DNA of 64,000 nucleotides from Candidatus Latescibacterota bacterium. GTDB taxonomy: Bacteria; Latescibacterota; UBA2968; UBA8231. Positions 20,188 to 29,667 of this stretch are shown one piece after another; positions within the stretch are counted from its first letter, which is position 1, and every line of letters starts with the position of its first letter. Below the pieces are notes generated by a model, which saw nothing but the letters and a program-made list of their open reading frames with translations, did no database searches and had not been told where the DNA came from. The stretch lies in NCBI GenBank assembly GCA_965248355.1, contig OZ252098.1, forward strand, positions 3,392,001-3,456,000, written 5' to 3'. A program made the translations under genes and the position numbers.

Positions 20188-22758
20188 ATGAAAGACCTGC
20201 CCCAAGCTGGAAACTTCGCTCTCGCCTTTGGCGTCAGCGCACTGCTCTTCCTGGGTGCCGCACCCGCGGCCCTGGCGCAAGAAGCGGAAGAAGACGACGT
20301 AGCGGAGTTCGAAGAAGAGATCGTGCTGGAGGACGTGGTGGTCACGGGCTCCCGGGCGCAGGCGCGTTCGGTGACGGAGTCGGCCGTGCCCATCGACGTC
20401 GTCAGCAGCGAGGAGATCGTCAAGCAGGGAGGCACCGACCTGGCCGACCTGCTGCGAAACATCGTGCCCTCCTACAATGTCAATACCCAGCCGATCAGCG
20501 ACGCGGGAACCGTTGTCCGGCCTCCCAACCTCCGGAGCCTGGCGCCCGATCACGCCCTGGTGCTCGTCAACGGCAAGCGCCGCCACCGCGCCTCCGTGAT
20601 TCACTGGCTGGGCAACGGCGTGGCCGACGGCGCCCAGGGTCCCGACCTGTCCGCCATCCCGGCCATCGCCCTCAAGCGGGTGGAGGTCCTGCGCGACGGG
20701 GCCTCGGCCCAGTACGGATCCGACGCCATCGCGGGGGTGCTGAACTTCCAGCTGAGGGACTCCCACGACGGGATGTCCATCCAGACCAAGACCGGCAGCT
20801 TCCTCGACGGGGACGGCAAGTTCCTCGGCGACGGCGAGCTGTTCACCATCGCCGGCAACATGGGCCTGGGGAACGAGAACGCCTGGGCCAACCTCAGCCT
20901 GGAATACGGCAACTCGGGGGCGTCGGTGCGCTCGGTGCAGCGCACCGACGCCGCGGCCCTGACCCGCGCCGGCAATCTCGAGGTGGCCAATCCCGCCCAG
21001 ATCTGGGGCCAGCCCTTTGTCCGGGACGACATCAAGTTCTTCGCCAACTACGGCGCCGATCTCGGCGAACGCCTCGACTTCTACGGCCACGCCAATTATG
21101 CCAACAAGGAGACGGAAGGAGGGTTCTACTTCCGGAACCCCCATACCCGCAGCGGCGTGTTCAGGGGGCCGGTGATCGACTGGAACGGCCAGCAAGTACC
21201 CTCCTTGCTGGTCGGCGATCTGGACGGGGTCGGCCAGGGCAATGAGTGCGCCCAGGTTCCCATTATCGACCACAGGCCGGACCCGGAGGCCTGGCTGCAG
21301 GTCCGCGACGATCCCAACTGCTTCTCCTTCCTGAAGGTGTTCCCCGGAGGCTTCACGCCGCGGTTCGGGGCCTTCACCACCGACGAGTCCCTCCTCCTCG
21401 GCCTTCAGGGTTTCGAAGCCGGTGTGCGCTGGGACCTGAGCGCGTCGTACGGACGGCACGAGGCGGACTACTTCATCTTCAATACCGTGAATGCATCCAT
21501 GGGTCCCGATACGCCGACCTACTTCGATCCCGGTACCTACGTCCAGTCGGACGTCAACCTGAACTTCGACATCGCCTACCCCGTCAACCAGAACCTGCTG
21601 TTGGCGGCGGGTCTGGAACGTCGGACGGAGACCTTCGAGATCGTGGAGGGGCAGATCGAGTCGTACATCATCGGCCAGCCTCTCGCCAGCCAGGGATTCC
21701 AGCCCGCCACCAACGGGTTCTCCGGCTTCAGCAAGGTGGCCGCAGGGATCTGGGACCGGTCCAACTCCGCAGTCTACGTGGAGAGTGACTTCTTCCCCAT
21801 GGACCAGTGGTTGCTCTCCCTGGCCTTGCGCACCGAGAACTTCGACGACTTCGGGACCACGGCCAACTACAAGGTGGCCACCAACTACGGCATCACCGAC
21901 GACATCAAGGTGCGCGGCAGCTACAGCACCGGGTTCCGGGCCCCCACGCCTGGCCAGCAGAACGCCTTCAACATCACCACGGAGTTCAACTTCGAGAAGA
22001 ACGACCTGGTCAACAACGGGACGGTCCCCTCGACGAGCCGCGCCGCCGAGCTGAAGGGGGGCAAGCCTCTCGACTCGGAGAAGTCGGTCAACCTCTCCGG
22101 CGGTCTCGTTCTCGACCTGGGCATGGTCAGTGCGACGATCGACTACTTCAACATCAAGGTGAAGGACCGCCTGACGGTCTCGCAGGACTTCATCCTGACC
22201 GACGCGCAGAGGCAACAGTTGATCGACGAGGGCATCACCAGCGCCGCCGGCCTGCAGGAGTTCCGCTTCTTCACCAACGACTTCGATTCCGCCACCCAGG
22301 GGATCGACCTCGTTCTCTCGGCACCGGTGGGTTCGGGCATGGCCAGCCTCGCCTACAACTACACGAGCTCCGGGGTCACCGACTACAACCCGGATGTCCT
22401 CGACGATCTCCGGATCCAGGAACTGGAGAATAACCTCCCCAAGCAGCGCGGGAACCTGACCCTGACCCAGTCCCTGACCCGCCGCTGGGACGCGCTGGCG
22501 CGGGCCAGCTACTTCGGCTCCTGGTACGACTCCGAGGACGATCAGACCTATGACGGCAAGCCCCTGTTCGACCTCGAGACGAGCGTCTCCTTCGATGACG
22601 GTGCGTCCTCCATCGGGGTGGGCGCCCAGAACATCCTCAACACCTATCCGGACGAGAATCCGAACGCCGCCGACAGCATCGGCAACACGTACAGCCAGTT
22701 CAGCCCCTTCGGCTTCGGCGGCGCGTTCTGGTACGTGAAGTACCGCTACAGCATGTAG
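20188..22758 (+). CDS. TonB-dependent receptor
   Basis: VVVTGSR, NGKRRH, LRDGASAQYGSDAIAGVLN, STGFRAPT, aromatic C-terminal strand. Confidence 0.93.
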   Translation: MKDLPQAGNFALAFGVSALLFLGAAPAALAQEAEEDDVAEFEEEIVLEDVVVTGSRAQARSVTESAVPIDVVSSEEIVKQGGTDLADLLRNIVPSYNVNTQPISDAGTVVRPPNLRSLAPDHALVLVNGKRRHRASVIHWLGNGVADGAQGPDLSAIPAIALKRVEVLRDGASAQYGSDAIAGVLNFQLRDSHDGMSIQTKTGSFLDGDGKFLGDGELFTIAGNMGLGNENAWANLSLEYGNSGASVRSVQRTDAAALTRAGNLEVANPAQIWGQPFVRDDIKFFANYGADLGERLDFYGHANYANKETEGGFYFRNPHTRSGVFRGPVIDWNGQQVPSLLVGDLDGVGQGNECAQVPIIDHRPDPEAWLQVRDDPNCFSFLKVFPGGFTPRFGAFTTDESLLLGLQGFEAGVRWDLSASYGRHEADYFIFNTVNASMGPDTPTYFDPGTYVQSDVNLNFDIAYPVNQNLLLAAGLERRTETFEIVEGQIESYIIGQPLASQGFQPATNGFSGFSKVAAGIWDRSNSAVYVESDFFPMDQWLLSLALRTENFDDFGTTANYKVATNYGITDDIKVRGSYSTGFRAPTPGQQNAFNITTEFNFEKNDLVNNGTVPSTSRAAELKGGKPLDSEKSVNLSGGLVLDLGMVSATIDYFNIKVKDRLTVSQDFILTDAQRQQLIDEGITSAAGLQEFRFFTNDFDSATQGIDLVLSAPVGSGMASLAYNYTSSGVTDYNPDVLDDLRIQELENNLPKQRGNLTLTQSLTRRWDALARASYFGSWYDSEDDQTYDGKPLFDLETSVSFDDGASSIGVGAQNILNTYPDENPNAADSIGNTYSQFSPFGFGGAFWYVKYRYSM

Positions 22759-22804
22759 CGGCTGTCTGAAGCACCGGCTGCGTATTGCAGGACCGCTCCA
22801 GGGC

Positions 22805-22838
22805 GCCTCAGGGCGCGGCGAAATCCGCGCCCTGAGGC
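22805..22838 (+). terminator. GC-rich hairpin after the TonB receptors
   Basis: 14-bp perfect stem GCCTCAGGGCGCGG / CCGCGCCCTGAGGC with 6-nt loop; no U-tract. Confidence 0.5.
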
Positions 22839-22986
22839 ACACCCCTGGGGCAGCGATCGCCGCTCTGGCCAAGCTCTTCTGGGGGGCGGCACACCTCCCA
22901 GTTCAGATCCTGCCGGGCCTCCCCTGGCGCGGCGTCATGGCAGAGGACGGTCCTCTACGGTCCTCTGCGGAAAGAGAGAGGTCCGA

Positions 22987-23811
22987 TTGCTCAAGGCGGG
23001 CATTTTTCTGGACATGGAGAACCTCAACCGGTGCGGCGGCTACGCGATCCAGTACCGGCAGGTCAAGGCCCTGGCCGAGGCCCAGGGCGCCGTTGTGGTG
23101 CGGGCCAACGCCTACATGGCCATCGACCGTGAGCGCGAGAACCTCGATGCCGAGTACGGGCAGAGAAAGGCGGACTACCGCAACCGGGTGCGGCGCGAAG
23201 GGTTCCACCTGGTGCTCAAGGAGGTTCAGATCTATCGCGACAGCGAAGGCCAGGTCATCACCAAGGCCAACGCCGACCTGGAGCTGGCGGTGGACGCCCT
23301 GCTCCAGACGGAGAGACTGGATTACGTGCTCCTGGGCAGCGGGGACGGCGATTTCGTCCGCCTCGTGCGGGCCCTGCAGAATCGCGGCAAGCGGGTCGAT
23401 CTGGTGTCCTTCATGAATACCAGCACGCGGTTGCGCCAGGAAGTGGACAACCACTTCTCCGGGTACCTCGTGCCGGGCCTGCTTCCCGAGGACCGGGGAG
23501 AACCCGGACGCCTGCGGGGCATCGTGCACGCCGTCAACGAGGACAGAGGCTTCGGATTCCTCACCGTGCAGACCGGCATGGGCATGGACAGCATGCTCGA
23601 GGACATCTTCCTCCACATCACCGACCTGCGCTCGGCGGAGGGACGGCCCCTGGACAATGCCCAGTTCGCCCAGTACAAGACCCGGGGAACGATCGTGGAA
23701 TTCGAGATGCAGGAAGATGGCACAGGCAAGCGAAAGGCGGTGAACGCCGTGGAGTTCCGCCCCGAACTCTGGGGGATCGCCCGGGGGGACCGCCCGGCCG
23801 TGCCCTCGTGA
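22987..23811 (+). CDS. NYN (LabA/DUF88) domain protein with C-terminal cold-shock/OB domain
   Basis: FLDMEN, KANADLEL, SGDGDF; RGFGFL and DIFLHI RNP-like motifs. Confidence 0.85.
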   Translation: MLKAGIFLDMENLNRCGGYAIQYRQVKALAEAQGAVVVRANAYMAIDRERENLDAEYGQRKADYRNRVRREGFHLVLKEVQIYRDSEGQVITKANADLELAVDALLQTERLDYVLLGSGDGDFVRLVRALQNRGKRVDLVSFMNTSTRLRQEVDNHFSGYLVPGLLPEDRGEPGRLRGIVHAVNEDRGFGFLTVQTGMGMDSMLEDIFLHITDLRSAEGRPLDNAQFAQYKTRGTIVEFEMQEDGTGKRKAVNAVEFRPELWGIARGDRPAVPS

Positions 23812-23957
23812 GACTGGCCCCGCTCAAGCGCGATCGTTCCATCGCCCGGGCGCCGGTGCTCCAACGGCGCCTCGGGACTCCACCATCCGCTTGCACGTCT
23901 TCCAGATCCCGAGCCGGGGCTGACCCGCCATCCGGCCCCTTCGCGCCCGGACCGGCC

Positions 23958-25361
23958 TCAGCCCGCCGCCGCCCCTTCCTGGGATCGCAAATAGCGCGCG
24001 CTCTCGCCGTTCATCCACGGGTACCGGAAGTGCTCAGCCAGCTCCTGGTTCTCCGGCTGCCGGAGCAGCTCTTCCAGGGCTCCGAAGGCCTGGTCGTAGG
24101 AACGTGTCTGGTGGTTCTGCAGGGCGTTCCACAGCAGCATGCTGCGGTCCCCCGTGCGGTAGGCCTCCAGGCCGCGCTCCATGCCCAGGATCATGGGGAG
24201 CAGCTGCTCCAGCATGATCTTCTTCGGCAGGGGCTCGACCCGCAGGGGCTGGATCCCCTTGCGGTCGATGACCGCCGGCACCTCGACGACCACGTCGTCC
24301 TCCACCCCCGGCAGGGCGCCGCGGTTGGGCACGTTCACCTGGAAGGTGCCCCCCACGTCGTTGGTCAGGGCGTCGATGATGGGCACCTGCTGCTCGCGGG
24401 TGCGTCCCGTGCCGAAGACCTCCGTCATCCGCGCCGACGGATCCTCGCAGGCGGCCCGGATCTGGGCCAGCCGCTGCTCCAGGCGGTCCACGTGGACGGG
24501 CCTGGCGATGTGGGTGTCCGGTCCGCCGTAGGGCTCGCCGAACCAGTGTTTCTTCGTCTCGATGTCGGTGTGGTACCACCAGCCCCCGAGGCGCGGGGAA
24601 TCGCCGATGGGGAACAGGCCGTACATGCGGTACTGGTGCACGGCCCCGCGGGACAGCTGAATGTCGTGGGTGCCGTCGGCTTCGTGGGTCCTCCAGTAGT
24701 CCTCGCCGTGCTCGTCGATCCAGCGGTCGATCCGCGGGTAGGCGTCCTGCCCTTCGTAGAGGAAGTGGGTCATCCAGATGCAGTGGTTGACCCCCGGCGC
24801 CTGGAAGTCGACGCGTTCGAGGTCCATTCCCAGGACCTTGGCGATGCGGTGGTAGCCGTAGTGGCCGTGGCACAGGCCGCAGACCTTGACCCCCGTCTCC
24901 CGGGTCATCAGCGTGCAGCCGTCGAAGACGGGGTTGCCCGACTGGATGAGCCAGGCCTCCGGAGACAGCCTCTCCATGTCGCGGGCCACTTCCATCATCA
25001 GTCGCAACTGGTAGAAGGATCCGGCCGACACACCGTTGTAGTAGTAGCCGTTCCGGGCCATCAGGCGGCGCATGTCGGCCTGGTGGTGATGGCTCTGGAC
25101 CATGGCCGTGTTGATGACGAAGTCGGCCTCCCTGAGCGCGTCTTCCCGGTTCGTGGACTGCCGGAAGCGCAGGTCGGCTCCCACCTCGCCGGTGTAGCGG
25201 GAGGCCATGCGGGTCACCGCGTCGAGACGGCCGGCGTCGATGTCCATGAAGTGGACCTCGCTGCCGGCCAGGTTCGCGGTGAGGCACAGATCCTTCACCA
25301 GGCCGAGGGAGAAGGTGGCGGAGCCGGCGCCGATGACGCCGATGCGGACGGGTTGAGGCAT
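23958..25361 (-). CDS. Family 4 glycoside hydrolase (alpha-glucosidase/galactosidase/glucuronidase type)
   Basis: IGAGSATF, SGNPV, GLCHG, GVNH. Confidence 0.9.
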   Translation of the reverse strand: MPQPVRIGVIGAGSATFSLGLVKDLCLTANLAGSEVHFMDIDAGRLDAVTRMASRYTGEVGADLRFRQSTNREDALREADFVINTAMVQSHHHQADMRRLMARNGYYYNGVSAGSFYQLRLMMEVARDMERLSPEAWLIQSGNPVFDGCTLMTRETGVKVCGLCHGHYGYHRIAKVLGMDLERVDFQAPGVNHCIWMTHFLYEGQDAYPRIDRWIDEHGEDYWRTHEADGTHDIQLSRGAVHQYRMYGLFPIGDSPRLGGWWYHTDIETKKHWFGEPYGGPDTHIARPVHVDRLEQRLAQIRAACEDPSARMTEVFGTGRTREQQVPIIDALTNDVGGTFQVNVPNRGALPGVEDDVVVEVPAVIDRKGIQPLRVEPLPKKIMLEQLLPMILGMERGLEAYRTGDRSMLLWNALQNHQTRSYDQAFGALEELLRQPENQELAEHFRYPWMNGESARYLRSQEGAAAG

Positions 25362-25472
25362 GGGAATCGACTCCTCGGTTTATTTCACATGGGATGCAAT
25401 AGATAAGGAAAAAGCCCGGAGGCAGGTCGCCGGCCGATGCACTTGTTTTCCGACGGTGAGGAGCCGGGAGCG

Positions 25473-25796
25473 ATGAGCGGTGACAGGAAGTTCGACGAAG
25501 AGGCCGTGGAGCTGCCCATCGACGGCACCCTCGACCTGCACACCTTCAGGCCGAGGGAGGCGGCGGATCTCGTGGCCGACTACCTCTCCGAATGCCGCAA
25601 GCGGGGGATCCTGGATGCGCGCATCATCCACGGCAAGGGCACGGGCGCCCTGCGCCGCACGGTCCACGCCGCCCTGGACCGGCTCCCCTTCGTCGAGCAC
25701 TACGCCCTTGCCGGCACCGGAGGCGGAGGCTGGGGCGCAACCCTCGTGCGCCTGCGGCCCCCTCCCGGGCGCGGCGGGGGCGGCTCCCGGCCATGA
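25473..25796 (+). CDS. Smr/MutS2 C-terminal domain protein
   Basis: LDLHTF, IIHGKGTG, GGWGAT. Confidence 0.9.
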   Translation: MSGDRKFDEEAVELPIDGTLDLHTFRPREAADLVADYLSECRKRGILDARIIHGKGTGALRRTVHAALDRLPFVEHYALAGTGGGGWGATLVRLRPPPGRGGGGSRP

Positions 25797-26371
25797 CCGG
25801 ATCCGGATACTACGACTACGCCCCTACTGTCACCCTGTCCCGGCCCGTGGCGTTCTGCGGCCATCCGGGATGCGGCTACCGGGAGGTCGTCTACGACCTG
25901 GCCTCCCTCACCGGCCTTCCCCTGCACGACCTGGACCGGTGGGTCGAGCACGAGGCGGGACGGTCGCTGTGGTCGCTGGCCCGCCAAGCGGGAATAGGCG
26001 CCCTCGAGGCGGCCGAGGCGAGACTCCTGCCGAAGGTGCTGGCCAGCCGGCCCCCGGGACTGATCCTCTTCGGCGAGGCCACCCTGACGGGCCCGGACCC
26101 GCTCCGGCGTGTGAGCCAGGCGGCGGCCCTGGTCTTCCTGCGGCTGCCGCCCACCTCCTGCTACTGGGCGCTGCGCCGGCGCGGCGAGGCCCAGGGCGGG
26201 ATCCTCGCCCATCCTCACCTGCCGGACCGGCTGCGCGACGCCAACGATCTCCGCCCCCTCATGGACCGGCAGCGGCCGATCGCCGAAGCCGCGGACCAGG
26301 TCCTCGACATGGAGCGCCGCTCCGTGCACGAGGCGGTGCTGGAGCTGCAGCGGGCCCTGCCCGGCCTCTGA
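25793..26371 (+). CDS. Shikimate-kinase-like protein with degenerate P-loop
   Basis: GHPGCGYREV, DLDRWVEHEAG; translationally coupled to the Smr gene. Confidence 0.65.
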   Translation: MTGSGYYDYAPTVTLSRPVAFCGHPGCGYREVVYDLASLTGLPLHDLDRWVEHEAGRSLWSLARQAGIGALEAAEARLLPKVLASRPPGLILFGEATLTGPDPLRRVSQAAALVFLRLPPTSCYWALRRRGEAQGGILAHPHLPDRLRDANDLRPLMDRQRPIAEAADQVLDMERRSVHEAVLELQRALPGL

Positions 26372-26457
26372 GGGGTCGGACCGCACCTTGCCGGGGCGCG
26401 GGCCTGCGGCTATGGTAGCGCCCCGAATCCTTGAACCGCCCCCAGGAGGAAGAGCCC

Positions 26458-27930
26458 GTGATCGATCCCAGATACCTGCTCAGCGACCAGCAGATGCGCG
26501 ACTACATCACCAGGGGCTACCTCGTGCTCAACACGAGCCTGCCGGCCGCCCTGCACGAAGAGATCTACCGGCGCACGTCGGAGATCATGGAGAAGGAGGG
26601 CAATCCGGGGAACAACATCCTGCCCCGGGTGCCGCAGCTCAGGCTGGTCTTCGAGGATCCGGCAATGCGCGGGGCGCTGACGAGCGTGCTCGGCCCCGAC
26701 CACATCATGCACTCCCACCGCCACTGCCACGTGAACCGGGGCGGCAGCGACGGCGGCGGCACCCACAAGGACAGCTACTGGGGCTTCCAGCGCCTGCGCA
26801 ACCACCGCACCCGCTGGGCCATGCTGTTCTACTACCCCCAGGACGTGTCCGAGGCCAACGGCCCCACCGGGGTGGTGCCGGGCTCCCAGAACTACCTGGC
26901 CAGGGAGTCCTGGGAGACGGTCGGCGATGCCGTGCCCTGCCTCGGCGCCGCGGGTACCGCCGCCCTCGTCCACTTCGACCTGTGGCACCGGGCCTTCCCC
27001 AACCAGACCGACACCACCCGCTACATGATGAAGTTCCAGTTCACCCGCATGTCCGAGCCCACGGCTCCGACCTGGCGCTCCGAGACCGGCGAGTGGCCCG
27101 GCGGCAACGGCCTGGGCAACCGCCACGACGCCATGTGGAGGTCGGCCTGGAGCTGGCACCGCGGTGAGTCATTCGATGCCCCGGCCGCCGCAGGCGGCGC
27201 CGAGACCATCGAGCGCCTGCGCGGCGGCGATCTGGACGAGCGGCTCGAGGCCGCCGCCTCTCTGGGAGGGACCGGGGCCACCTCCGCCGGGGTGGCCGCC
27301 CTGCGCGACGCTTTGCGGGACGAGGCCGAGCCGGTACGGCTGAACGCGGCCTACGGACTGGGGGCGGTCGGCGAGAGCGCCATCGACGCCCTCCTCGACG
27401 CCCTCGACGACGAGGTGGAAGCCGCCCGTCTGAACGCATCCTACGGACTGGCCGCCGCCGGCCCCGCGGCCGAGCCGGCGCTGATCGAGGCCTGCAGCGC
27501 GCCGACGGAATCGAGCCGCGGGTACGCGGCCTTCGCTCTCGGGGAGATGGGGGCGGGTTCCAAGGCCGTGGAGGCGGTGGCGGGGCTGGCGCGGGATCCC
27601 TCGGAGGTCGTGCGGCGCAACGCGGCCGACGCCCTCGGCACGATGCAGGGGCGGCCGGAGGCGGCGGTCCCCGCCCTGGAGAAGCTGCTGGCCGACGATG
27701 ACGACCAGGTGCGCTTCGACGCGGCCTACGGACTGGCGCGCCTCGGACCCGAGGCGGCCCCGGCCACCGAGGCCCTGGTGGCGGCCCTGGAGGACGGCAA
27801 CCGCTACGTCCGCAACCACAGCGCCGAAGCCCTGCAGAGGATCGGCACACCGCAGGCCAGGGAGGCGCTCTACGACTTCCTCACGGTCTCCCGCTGGTGC
27901 CCGATCACCAACCGCGAAAGCACGTTCTGA
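26458..27930 (+). CDS. Phytanoyl-CoA dioxygenase (PhyH) family protein with C-terminal HEAT repeats
   Basis: HKD, GPTGVVPGSQ, LWHRA; repeated VRxNAAxxLG units. Confidence 0.88.
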   Translation: MIDPRYLLSDQQMRDYITRGYLVLNTSLPAALHEEIYRRTSEIMEKEGNPGNNILPRVPQLRLVFEDPAMRGALTSVLGPDHIMHSHRHCHVNRGGSDGGGTHKDSYWGFQRLRNHRTRWAMLFYYPQDVSEANGPTGVVPGSQNYLARESWETVGDAVPCLGAAGTAALVHFDLWHRAFPNQTDTTRYMMKFQFTRMSEPTAPTWRSETGEWPGGNGLGNRHDAMWRSAWSWHRGESFDAPAAAGGAETIERLRGGDLDERLEAAASLGGTGATSAGVAALRDALRDEAEPVRLNAAYGLGAVGESAIDALLDALDDEVEAARLNASYGLAAAGPAAEPALIEACSAPTESSRGYAAFALGEMGAGSKAVEAVAGLARDPSEVVRRNAADALGTMQGRPEAAVPALEKLLADDDDQVRFDAAYGLARLGPEAAPATEALVAALEDGNRYVRNHSAEALQRIGTPQAREALYDFLTVSRWCPITNRESTF

Positions 27931-27964
27931 GCCCCGGACAAGCTCCCAGAAAGGACTCCACGCA

Positions 27965-29545
27965 ATGGCGCAGACACAGCCGGTCCTGATCGCCGGTCAG
28001 TGGCGGCACTCCCGGGCCGCCGGCACCTTCGAGCCGACGAACCCGCGCACCCGGCAGGCCACGGGAGAGACCTACCCCGTCAGCGGTCCGGAGGAGGTCA
28101 CCGAGGCCGTCGAGGCGGCGGCCGCCGCCTCCGAGGCGCTCCAGGATTCCCATCCCGCCGGCGCCGCCGCCTTCCTCGAGGCCTTCGCCGGCCGCATCGA
28201 GGCCCGCGCCGGCGAGATCGTCGCCATGGCCGAGACCGAGACGGGCCTTCCCGCCGCGCCCCGGCTGGCCGGGATCGAGCTGCCCCGAACCACCAGCCAG
28301 CTCCGCCAGGCGGCGGCCGCGGCCCTGGCCCGGTCCTGGAGCCTGCCCACCATCGACACCGGCAGCGGCATCCGCTCCATGTACCGGGCCCTCGAAGGGG
28401 GCGTCGCCGTCTTCGGGCCGAACAATTTCCCCCTCGCCTTCAACAGCGTCTCGGGCGGTGACTTCGCCGCCGCCATCGGCGCCGGTTGCCCGGTGATCGC
28501 CAAGGCCAACTCCTCCCACCCGGGCACGACCCGCCTGCTCGCCGAGGAAGCCCTGGCGGCCGTCAGGGAGACGGGCCTGCCGGAAGCGACGGTGCAGCTC
28601 CTCTACCGGACCGACCACGAAGTCGGCAAGAGGCTGGTCTCGCACCCGCAGATCGGGGCCACGGGCTACACCGGGTCGAGGGCGGCGGGCCTGGCCCTCA
28701 AGGCGGCGGCCGACGCCGCCGGCAAGCCCATCTACCTGGAACTGAGCTCCATCAACCCCGTGTACGTGCTGCCCGGGGCGATCCGCGAGCGGGGCTCCGA
28801 CATCGTCGGGGAGTTCCAGACCTCCTGTCTCATGGGGACCGGGCAGTTCTGCACCAACCCGGGGATCGTCGTGGTCCTGGCCGGCGACGAGGCCGAGGAC
28901 TTCATCGCGCAGACCGCGGACGGCTTCGACAACGCTCCGGTGGGAACGCTGCTGGCCGAAGGCGTTGAGAGCGGGATGGAGGCGAGCGTCCGCGCCCTGC
29001 AGGCCGCCGGCGCCGAGCTGGTCACCGGGGGAAGGGCCGGCGCCGGCACCGGCTACAGCTACAGCAACACCCTGCTGCGGACCACCGCGAGCAGGTTCCT
29101 GGGCGACCCGGAGGCGCTGCAGACCGAGGCCTTCGGCAACGAGAGCCTCTTCGTGGTGGCCGACGACGTCGACCAGGCCGCCGAGGTGGCGCGCCGACTC
29201 GAGGGCAACCTCACCGGCTGCATCTACTCCGACACGGGCGGCTCCGACGACGACGCCTACGAGCGCATCGCCCCGGCCCTGCGGCGGCGGGTGGGTCGCC
29301 TGCTCAACGACAAGATGCCCACGGGCGTGGCCGTGGTGCCCTCCATGAACCACGGCGGGCCGTACCCGGCCACGGGACACCCCGGCTTCACCGCCGTCGG
29401 CATCCCCGCCTCCATGCTGCGCTTCGCCATGCTCTGCTGCTACGACGAGGTGCGCCCCCACCGCCTGCCGGTGGAGCTGCGGGACGAGAACCCCGGCCGC
29501 GTCTGGCGCCTGATCGACGGGAACTGGACGCAGGCGGACGTGTAG
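27965..29545 (+). CDS. Aldehyde dehydrogenase (NADP+, ketoglutarate-semialdehyde dehydrogenase-like)
   Basis: PNNFPLAF, YTGS, ELSSINP, GQFCTNPG, EAFG, HGGPYPAT. Confidence 0.9.
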   Translation: MAQTQPVLIAGQWRHSRAAGTFEPTNPRTRQATGETYPVSGPEEVTEAVEAAAAASEALQDSHPAGAAAFLEAFAGRIEARAGEIVAMAETETGLPAAPRLAGIELPRTTSQLRQAAAAALARSWSLPTIDTGSGIRSMYRALEGGVAVFGPNNFPLAFNSVSGGDFAAAIGAGCPVIAKANSSHPGTTRLLAEEALAAVRETGLPEATVQLLYRTDHEVGKRLVSHPQIGATGYTGSRAAGLALKAAADAAGKPIYLELSSINPVYVLPGAIRERGSDIVGEFQTSCLMGTGQFCTNPGIVVVLAGDEAEDFIAQTADGFDNAPVGTLLAEGVESGMEASVRALQAAGAELVTGGRAGAGTGYSYSNTLLRTTASRFLGDPEALQTEAFGNESLFVVADDVDQAAEVARRLEGNLTGCIYSDTGGSDDDAYERIAPALRRRVGRLLNDKMPTGVAVVPSMNHGGPYPATGHPGFTAVGIPASMLRFAMLCCYDEVRPHRLPVELRDENPGRVWRLIDGNWTQADV

Positions 29546-29667
29546 CCGCGGCGGGCGGCAGGGTCCGCGGCCGCAGCAGGGTCCAGGCAGCGGGGTCCGC
29601 GGGGCAAGCCTACTTGTGGGCGTGGTGGAAGGCCCCGGGGCGCGAGCAACGCGCCTTGCGCCGCCGC

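Noticed and set aside
17475..21245. 1256-aa ORF as a single protein
   Set aside because: Only the first ~136 codons are genuine; the rest is out of frame after the G5 slip.
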